Shown here: positions 47,526 through 53,636 of the stretch, one piece after another
How the letters are laid out: every line of letters starts with the position of its first letter
Position numbering within the stretch: position 1 is the first letter of the stretch
Source of the DNA: Candidatus Omnitrophota bacterium
GTDB lineage: Bacteria; Omnitrophota; Gorgyraeia; JABMRN01; RBG-13-46-9
Reading direction: 5' to 3'
Assembly (NCBI GenBank): GCA_016782445.1
Contig: JADHYM010000003.1
Coordinates: 1-53,636 of the forward strand
DNA length: 53,636 bases
Notes under the pieces: generated by a model
Seen by the model: only the letters and a program-made list of their open reading frames with translations
The model's database searches: none
What the model was told of the DNA's origin: nothing
Position numbers and translations under genes: made by a program

Positions 47526-50500
47526 GTGACTAAAGACGCGAGATCTAACGGTGGTCTATCCAGAGCCACACACCCTTATAATACACTATTAAGCGTAGTA
47601 TTAAGAGGCTATTGTTGTAGGGCAGCCGCTTTAATAACAGCCATAGCCTTCTTTTGTACATCCATTCCGATTGAAAAATCATATGCGCAGGCACTCAAAC
47701 CTGCGATCCCGCAAAAAATATTAAATACCGAGACCTTCAGCTTGCCAACGCATCTTGGTCGCATCCTGGATTCATGGAGTCCAACTAGACAATCAACCAA
47801 TTCACAAATTAATCAAACGATAATACATGTCCAGGACGCGCATTGTAACTACGCTGCGCAGAAAAAAATTGCTGAAATAGTCAAATATCTGAATAACGAG
47901 TATAGCATAAATGCGGTAAATCTTGAAGGAGGCAAGGGCGATTACGATTTATCGATATTTACCCGTATTAAGGACCTCAGGACAAGGGAAAAGGTGACTG
48001 ATTATTTCGTTAAAGAAGGCCTTGTCAACGGCGCTGAATACTTTGCGTCTAACAATCCCGGGAAGGTCAGTCTATGGGGCGTAGAAGAAACAGGGCTATA
48101 TATCGAGAATCTGAACGCATACCGCGACGTACTTCAACATAAAGAGGAAATCGACAAACATCTCAAAATCCTAAATCACATCATAAGCAATTTCAAATTT
48201 CACATTTATCCTGAAGAACTATTGGAGGCCGATCGGAAATATGGCCGGTACAAAGCGGGTAATATTGATTTAAAGGAATACGTCGGTTTTCTTGTTATGG
48301 CGGCGGAAAAAAGAGCAATTGATATTACGGCATACCCTAATTTGTTTGTCTTACATGAGGCACTCCGGCAGGAGGGGGAGATAGATTTTAAGATTGCCGA
48401 CATAGAGCGCAGCCGACTCATTGACGTATTCCGGAAGACGCTTTCGAAGATAGAGCTTGAGAGGCTCGTAATAAAGACAGTTGAATTTAAATCAGATAAA
48501 ATCAAAGAACAGGAGTTTTACGCATATCTTGTAAACAAAGCGCGATTCCTGAATCTTGATCTTGCAGCTTTTTCCGCGCTTCAAAAATACGTCACTTATA
48601 TCGATGCCTATGCCTCTATCGATAAAACAAAAATACCCGCGGAGCTCGATTCGCTTGATAGAGATATAAAGGAAACGCTTTTTACCTCTGAAATCGAAAG
48701 GCGGCTCAATGCCCTTTCGAAGAACCTTGCTATCTTGCGGAACATGTTTAACGTTACTCTAATCCCCGATGACTATAAATATTATATTAAAAATAGAGAG
48801 TCTTTCAGTGTAAGCGAATACGTTTCGTTTATTGCGAAAAATGCACCGCTTTATAAGATACAGGCAAAACCCGATAAAAATATTTCAAATCTCAATTCCT
48901 ACCGTGAAAAAATGCAGCGTTTCTACGAATGTTCAAAAAAACGAGATGAGGTGTTTTTAAGAAACCTTAGATGGGGACAGGTCTCAGGGCAGGCTGGCGT
49001 AATACCTGGAAGAGACCTGTCCCCATCCGAACGCACCACCGCTCTCGTCACAGGAGGGTTTCACGCAGAAAATCTACACGAGCTTTTTAAAAAGAACAAC
49101 ATTTCGTATATCTCCATAATGCCGAATTTCAAGAACGAAGGGGGCTACGAATGCCCGTATTTTAAGATACTTTCAGGGAAAAAAAGCTTAGATATAGCCA
49201 ATGCCTTACCATCCGTTCTCGGCAACGCCCTTGCGATACCCGACCCGCTAAGTCCGGCGATGATGAAGGCTGTTCTCGACCATGCTGCACTCGCCAAGCG
49301 GCCTGATCCCCGCGTGTCTCTTGCGAACGGTGGGATGAGCCCGGAGGGGGTAGCGTATTTAGCGTTAAACGAAAGCGCTGAGGAACTGGTAGAGCATGTT
49401 ACGGCCGGGCATATATTACCGGAACAGGTAAACGTTGTGCGCGACGCGTTGCAAGCGAATCTTACAAAGCTCGAAAGATTCGATATACTGTTAAAATTGA
49501 ACAATAACGTCCGCGCCTTATATGAGCAGTTCTTTCAAGGAGGATCTAAAAGAAGCCCTGAATCCGCAATCGCCGAAGGATGCATGTCAGTGAATTCAGT
49601 TTTAGGTGTTTTGCTCAATGGGAGAGGCGGCTGGAAAGTTGATTTAATCTATAAAGAAATCGGAGATGACGAACACTGGTACCTTTTAGTTAATGAGAAA
49701 TTTATTGTTGATGCCTATCCATCATGGCTCCGACTAAGCCCGGATAGAGAAGTGCGCAAAATGGCCGAAGAGAAAAAAATTATTATTATGACTACAGAAC
49801 AGGCGGAAAGTAGCGGCAAGGCTGATATCGCGAAGTGGTATAGCGGGCCTTATTTAATTCCTTCAGAAAATTATATAGTTACAGCTGAAAATGCCGCAAA
49901 AAATATTCTAAGAGAATGTGGCTTGGAAACTATTTCTGTAACCGAATGGTTTGATGCGCAGCGGGAAGTGGCCGGAAGTTACATCGCCTCATTCGGCCTG
50001 GAAGAAATAGTTGGGCTGGACGAAAGCGAGATAGCAGGCCTTGCTCATGTTCCTGGCCTACAAACAGAAATCCGCCGCATAGTAAGCTCGTTTTCCAATC
50101 AATCCCCCGCTTGTGAATCGGTTGGCTTTGATGGCTCGGAGCGATGGCAGCAATTAAATCTAATGAAAAAGCAACTAGAGAGACTAATAGAAGTTAGAGA
50201 GCAAAGCGGTGAGAAGAGCATTCTAATATACGATATAGGCATCGGAAGAAAAGCAACTGAGACCGAAAAAATCATCAAGTGGCTGAACCGCGTATTGAGG
50301 GGTATGGCAGGTAAGGGTAAAATAACGCTGCGCGGGTGGAGAATTGATCTGATAGCGGTTGATACGAAAAAAGAGCTGGTAAGTGCCGCAGAAAACAACA
50401 TGAAAATAAGGCAATTGAGTGAAGCCTCCGCGGAATGGCTTAAGATTTATTTTGAACACGCAGATGCGCTGAACGCAACAAGGCTTACGCAAATATCGCG

Positions 50501-52343
50501 CGGTAAAGGCGATTTTATTTTCTATCGCCATACTGACTACTCAAACATGAGAGCACAGTCACTTATGCAGCGCTTGATCAAACTGCGCGAAGGCAATCTT
50601 CATGTATTGCGAAACCTTCTTAGGACTTATATAGCCAGGCGAAACATTTTTCGAGTTCTTAGCAAAGCGGGTAGCGTTTTTGTAATTGAACCAATATCCG
50701 GGCCGGCCACAGAAGGCGAAGACGTTGGGGAGGTTTCGGTTATACCCGGCACCAGACTCTTAACCGCTTCAGAATTGCTTTCTCGCGAACCTTCTTCCGC
50801 TATGAGTTTAGCGGACCGGGGCACTGGCATATACAGAATTAGTAATCCGCACGCAATATATGAGGCCGGATTGAACAATTTTTTAGAAAAGCAACCTTCG
50901 GTTGCTCTTGAAGCATTGCCCGAAGGCGTCTATAGTGTAGATAAATTTCCGCGACTTACCGAGAAGATAATAGAATCATTGGTAGGGATGTACCATCAAG
51001 GACTTCGTGGCCCAGATGCGCCTTTAGAGTCCGGACGCTTATCAGGTTATAGAGAGATGTTCAAAAACATGCTTCAAACTGAAAAGATAAATTTTGCGAT
51101 TAAAAATGGAGTAATGGTCGGCTTTGTACGTTTCTCGTTGAATAAGCCTGGTGGAGCTGCAAAAGTTGGTAACGCCTTAGTTGTTCAAGAAGAATGGCAC
51201 CATGGCATTGCCTCTCATCTTGTAGATAGCGCTATAGATGCAATCGTTAGAGGTAAAGATGGTCAAACGCTTGAATTTGAGGCCTTGCCGTGCATGATGT
51301 CATTTCATTTGGAACACTATTTACCAAGCCGCCGCAAAGAGAGCAGCAATAATCCAAACTCATGGTATCTTGAGTGGAGAACGCAGCCTGTTGAGGATAC
51401 CGTATGGGGAGATGCAGCAGTTGCAACTGACAGAGTTGCTCTTATACTAACAGCACATATGCGGCCTGTTGAAGGATTGAAAAGCGTGACAATGGATGGT
51501 AGAGCAAAAAAAGCTAATAAGATATCTGAGGCCAAAAAAATATATGACGCTGCAGAGGCGCTTGTTCCTGCGGTGGCAAAATTAATACGGCGCGATGTCC
51601 CGACATACGACATTGCGCCTATTCCCTACGAAGAGGCGAATGAGACTTTCTCTTACGCCAGAAAAATTGAACAATTGCTTCAAAAGGCAAACCACCAAAT
51701 ACACTTAAATCACTACAGAATCGGTAACAACGAGAACGGCTACGAAAATCTTATCCAGCAGGTTGATGGACAACTGGAGAATTTTATAAAAGACGTAGAG
51801 GAAAACCCCGGGGCACGAATGATAATACGAACTGTCGACGGCATAGCCGGCACGAGAAGTAGGATAATTTCTCACCTTATGAGCAATCAAGAGGGGGCTC
51901 GAGGCGTGCTAACTAAAATGGTTGCACGCGGAGAACTTACGCTTGAACAAAGAGACAAGATTATGTCAAGGATCAAAATAATTGAAATGGATATTGGCAG
52001 AGAGCCAAGGCACCTCAACACTGTTATCGATCTTTTTGTTGACCTCACGGCGATAGAAATTGACAGATATGTTTCAGGTTATTATCAGGTAGGGGATGCC
52101 GGAAAGGATAGGGAGAATCTTAAAAAACTAAAGAACGGTTTTTTGTCACTTTTAAAACTTTCAGTTGATAATTTTAGTGATCTAGAAGCTGCGGCTCTAA
52201 ACTTGGATAGCAACCGACAGGCTCTCGCAGAAAATGTTTTACACTTAATTTTTACAGACAAAAAGCTTATTATCCACGCAATTGACTGGGAGTCCTTAAG
52301 AGATCTTAAGAAACGAAGAGAGGAAATATTGTATTCGCTATAA
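47526..52343 (+). CDS. Orphan 1605-aa exported multidomain protein (Tiki/TraB-like, Cys-His-Asp papain/transglutaminase-like, class I SAM-MTase-like, GNAT-like, unknown C-terminus)
   Basis: The GTG start follows an in-frame TAG, with GGAG 7 nt upstream. The signal-like segment is AAALITAIAFFCTSIPIEKSYA-QA. Motifs read by eye:
- IIHVQDAH(101-106)...NLEGG(134)...VTGGFH(513)
- GC(686)MSVNSVLGVLL...EH(717)WYLLV...IVD(729)AYP
- ILIYDIGIGRKA...IDLIAVDTKKEL...YFEHADAL...GDFIFYRHT
- ALVVQEEWHHGIASHLVDSAIDAI. Confidence 0.75.
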   Translation: MTKDARSNGGLSRATHPYNTLLSVVLRGYCCRAAALITAIAFFCTSIPIEKSYAQALKPAIPQKILNTETFSLPTHLGRILDSWSPTRQSTNSQINQTIIHVQDAHCNYAAQKKIAEIVKYLNNEYSINAVNLEGGKGDYDLSIFTRIKDLRTREKVTDYFVKEGLVNGAEYFASNNPGKVSLWGVEETGLYIENLNAYRDVLQHKEEIDKHLKILNHIISNFKFHIYPEELLEADRKYGRYKAGNIDLKEYVGFLVMAAEKRAIDITAYPNLFVLHEALRQEGEIDFKIADIERSRLIDVFRKTLSKIELERLVIKTVEFKSDKIKEQEFYAYLVNKARFLNLDLAAFSALQKYVTYIDAYASIDKTKIPAELDSLDRDIKETLFTSEIERRLNALSKNLAILRNMFNVTLIPDDYKYYIKNRESFSVSEYVSFIAKNAPLYKIQAKPDKNISNLNSYREKMQRFYECSKKRDEVFLRNLRWGQVSGQAGVIPGRDLSPSERTTALVTGGFHAENLHELFKKNNISYISIMPNFKNEGGYECPYFKILSGKKSLDIANALPSVLGNALAIPDPLSPAMMKAVLDHAALAKRPDPRVSLANGGMSPEGVAYLALNESAEELVEHVTAGHILPEQVNVVRDALQANLTKLERFDILLKLNNNVRALYEQFFQGGSKRSPESAIAEGCMSVNSVLGVLLNGRGGWKVDLIYKEIGDDEHWYLLVNEKFIVDAYPSWLRLSPDREVRKMAEEKKIIIMTTEQAESSGKADIAKWYSGPYLIPSENYIVTAENAAKNILRECGLETISVTEWFDAQREVAGSYIASFGLEEIVGLDESEIAGLAHVPGLQTEIRRIVSSFSNQSPACESVGFDGSERWQQLNLMKKQLERLIEVREQSGEKSILIYDIGIGRKATETEKIIKWLNRVLRGMAGKGKITLRGWRIDLIAVDTKKELVSAAENNMKIRQLSEASAEWLKIYFEHADALNATRLTQISRGKGDFIFYRHTDYSNMRAQSLMQRLIKLREGNLHVLRNLLRTYIARRNIFRVLSKAGSVFVIEPISGPATEGEDVGEVSVIPGTRLLTASELLSREPSSAMSLADRGTGIYRISNPHAIYEAGLNNFLEKQPSVALEALPEGVYSVDKFPRLTEKIIESLVGMYHQGLRGPDAPLESGRLSGYREMFKNMLQTEKINFAIKNGVMVGFVRFSLNKPGGAAKVGNALVVQEEWHHGIASHLVDSAIDAIVRGKDGQTLEFEALPCMMSFHLEHYLPSRRKESSNNPNSWYLEWRTQPVEDTVWGDAAVATDRVALILTAHMRPVEGLKSVTMDGRAKKANKISEAKKIYDAAEALVPAVAKLIRRDVPTYDIAPIPYEEANETFSYARKIEQLLQKANHQIHLNHYRIGNNENGYENLIQQVDGQLENFIKDVEENPGARMIIRTVDGIAGTRSRIISHLMSNQEGARGVLTKMVARGELTLEQRDKIMSRIKIIEMDIGREPRHLNTVIDLFVDLTAIEIDRYVSGYYQVGDAGKDRENLKKLKNGFLSLLKLSVDNFSDLEAAALNLDSNRQALAENVLHLIFTDKKLIIHAIDWESLRDLKKRREEILYSL

Positions 52344-52349
52344 TATTGT

Positions 52350-52416
52350 GGCTGTCGGAACGCCCCGAGGGGCTACTCGCGTCGCCCCGGTTAAAGAGCC
52401 GACAGTCCTTTTTTTT
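52350..52416 (+). terminator. Rho-independent terminator of the 1605-aa ORF
   Basis: ggctgtcgg (52350-52358) pairs with ccgacag(t)cc (52399-52408). There is an inner GC-rich hairpin gccccgaggggc, followed by T8 (52409-52416). Confidence 0.7.
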
Positions 52417-52439
52417 GTTCATTTTTTCTAACCCGTTGG

Positions 52440-52562
52440 GCGTCATTCGGTTGCGGTTGCGTCGTGCGAAACGTCGGGCGTCGAACGTTTGCGTACATTC
52501 CTCACGCAACCGGTCGACTCAACCGTTTCCTGCGACGCCACCGACCGACGCTCCAGCAATCA
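52440..52562 (+). repeat. Dispersed intergenic repeat, copy E (long form)
   Basis: gcgtcattcggttgcggttgcgtcgtgcgaaacgtcgggcgtcgaacgtttgcgtacattcctcacgcaaccggtcgactcaaccgtttcctgcgacgccaccgaccg... is colinear with copy A. Confidence 0.8.
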
Positions 52563-52582
52563 CTGCTTGGCTTAGCTCATAC

Positions 52583-52611
52583 TTGACAAATGCCATACCC
52601 GATGGTATTAT
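52583..52611 (+). promoter_or_regulatory. Promoter of tRNA-Gly
   Basis: TTGACA (52583-52588), 17 nt spacer, TATTAT (52606-52611), about 20 nt upstream of the tRNA 5' end. Confidence 0.65.
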
Positions 52612-52631
52612 TACACAGCATAAAGGGCTTC

Positions 52632-52705
52632 GCGGGAGTAGTTCAATGGTAGAACGGCAGCCTTCCAAGCTGCTCACGGCGGTTCGATTCCGCTCTCCCG
52701 CTCCA
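52632..52705 (+). tRNA. tRNA-Gly (UCC)
   Basis: gcgggag-ta-gttc..gaac-g-gcagc-CTTCCAA-gctgc-tcac-ggcgg-ttcgatt-ccgct-ctcccgc-t-CCA. Confidence 0.9.
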
Positions 52706-52758
52706 TTTCTGCCCCTAAAAAGCCTTCAAAAATAAATCAAAAAAAGTTAAGAATACCC

Positions 52759-52786
52759 TTGACAAAAACCTCAAATATGGTATGAT
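52759..52786 (+). promoter_or_regulatory. Extended -10 promoter of the LAGLIDADG-like ORF
   Basis: TTGACA (52759-52764), 16 nt spacer ending in TGg, then TATGAT (52781-52786). Confidence 0.6.
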
Positions 52787-52839
52787 GTTGAACTTGTTTA
52801 CATCCGAAGGGTGAGTTTCGCCTACAGAAGAGGAAAAGC

Positions 52840-53511
52840 ATGCAACTCGCTGAAATCATAAGAAGTTACAAACGCGGAAATTCGGTAAACGAAGTGGCAA
52901 CACTTTTTCGTCTTTCGCCGAACAGGGTACGCGACGTGCTTAGTAATTATGATATAATAATGAGAAGTCACAGAGAGGCCGCATATCTTAAAAATAACAA
53001 AAACGGCGACCCGTTCGACATACTTACAGAGTTAACGCCGGAAGAAGAGCATTTGAAGGCGATGGCCCTCGGCCTTTATCTCACTGAAGGAAATCTGAAA
53101 AACAAAAATTCCGTGCGGTTCTCCAATTCAAACCCGGCCCTCGTCAAGATTTTCGTTAAATTCCTGAAAGTTATATGCGGCGTTGCAAGCGAAAAAATAA
53201 AACTCTCTCTCATAATTTATCCGGATGTTTCCGCAAAAGTGTCAAAAGAATACTGGGCGAAATTTCTGGACCTTCCGGTAAAACAGTTTACAAAAACAAC
53301 AGTTCTTAAAAACAGAAAAAGCTCTCACGCAAAAAGGCATCACTCTGAGCTTGGAACGATCACGATATATGTTCATAATACGAAGCTTTTAGGCATTATA
53401 AAAGAATGGGCAAAAGAATACGCCCATGTAGCTCAGCTGGTAGAGCACATCCATGGTAAGGATGGGGTCGCCGGTTCGATTCCGGCCGTGGGCTCTCTTA
53501 AAAGGAGGTAA
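52840..53511 (+). CDS. HTH + single-motif LAGLIDADG-like homing endonuclease family protein; 3' end overlaps tRNA-Thr(GGU)
   Basis: N-terminal HTH-like NSVNEVATLFRLSPNRVRDVL. The LAGLIDADG-like motif is AMALGLYLTEGN, followed by SVRFSNSNPALVKIFVKFLKVI, typical of free-standing members. The last ~30 codons (AHVAQLVEHIHGKDGVAGSIPAVGS) are the tRNA gene read as protein. Confidence 0.6.
   Translation: MQLAEIIRSYKRGNSVNEVATLFRLSPNRVRDVLSNYDIIMRSHREAAYLKNNKNGDPFDILTELTPEEEHLKAMALGLYLTEGNLKNKNSVRFSNSNPALVKIFVKFLKVICGVASEKIKLSLIIYPDVSAKVSKEYWAKFLDLPVKQFTKTTVLKNRKSSHAKRHHSELGTITIYVHNTKLLGIIKEWAKEYAHVAQLVEHIHGKDGVAGSIPAVGSLKRR
53422..53494 (+). tRNA. tRNA-Thr (GGU)
   Basis: gcccatg-ta-gctc..gagc-a-catcc-ATGGTAA-ggatg-gggtc-gccgg-ttcgatt-ccggc-cgtgggc-t. 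No CCA is encoded. Confidence 0.9.
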
Positions 53512-53514
53512 AAT

Positions 53515-53636
53515 ATGGCAAAAGCAAAATTTGAACGCACCAAACCCCACATAAACGTGGGCACGATCGGTCACATCGACCACGGAAAGACGTGTCTGAC
53601 AAGCGCCATAACAAAGACGCTTGCTGTTAAGGGTCA
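53515..53636 (+). CDS. tuf: Elongation factor Tu, 3' end cut by window edge
   Basis: AAGGAGG upstream of the start, and [26 protein letters not shown]. Confidence 0.95.
   Translation, partial: MAKAKFERTKPHINVGTIGHIDHGKTCLTSAITKTLAVKG

Noticed and set aside
47003-52705. Classical tRNA-targeted integrative island or prophage
   Set aside because: There is no integrase, recombinase or transposase ORF. I could not find a duplicated tRNA-Tyr 3' end or tRNA-Gly 5' end serving as att repeats. Only the broken synteny supports an insertion.
52346-52735. 129-aa + strand ORF after the giant gene
   Set aside because: It runs through a terminator hairpin, repeat copy E, a consensus promoter and the tRNA-Gly gene. 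Its translation is Arg/Ser/Pro-rich noise.

Overview
This is a 53.6 kb bacterial chromosomal segment in which every credible gene lies on the + strand: about 52 CDS and 5 tRNAs. The lineage cannot be determined from the sequence. The giant pilin-like ORFs and the reduced versions of several core genes fit an uncultivated group such as Omnitrophota or its relatives, but that is a guess.

Most of the window is tightly packed housekeeping:
- rplU-rpmA-obg-proBA-nadD, argS, and a short mfd
- two parvulin PPIases, pdxA, rsmA, gatCAB, ctpA, tsaD
- larB, polA, coaE, rho, rpmE, prfA, prmC, murA
- rpsP-trmD-rplS-rnhB, then fhs-yjbQ-hps/rraA-apbE
- tRNA(CAU)-tilS-ftsH-folP-cdaA-cdaR-pdxJ-acpS-nnrD

Non-routine content, in order of interest:
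1. The conserved tRNA-Thr(UGU)-Tyr(GUA)-Gly(UCC)-Thr(GGU)-tuf cluster at the 3' end is split. One insert is a 4.8 kb orphan gene with its own promoter and terminator. It encodes a 1605-aa exported multidomain protein with motif-level matches to Tiki/TraB-like, Cys-His-Asp papain/transglutaminase-like, class I SAM methyltransferase-like and GNAT-like modules. The other insert is a single-motif LAGLIDADG-like ORF that reads through the tRNA-Thr(GGU) gene.
2. A dispersed intergenic repeat family of about 45-125 nt, built from CGCAACC/GGTTGCG units, occurs five times at operon boundaries in both orientations.
3. A bactofilin-HTH fusion sits next to a membrane-tail-anchored HTH paralog.
4. A pseudopilin of more than 727 aa, a PilX-like gene and a retropepsin-like protease form a cluster at the 5' edge.
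5. Several near-consensus sigma70 promoters sit so close to start codons that leaderless mRNAs are implied.

No CRISPR array, rRNA, integrase or transposase was seen. All calls come from reading the ORF translations and the DNA by eye; no searches or computations were run.
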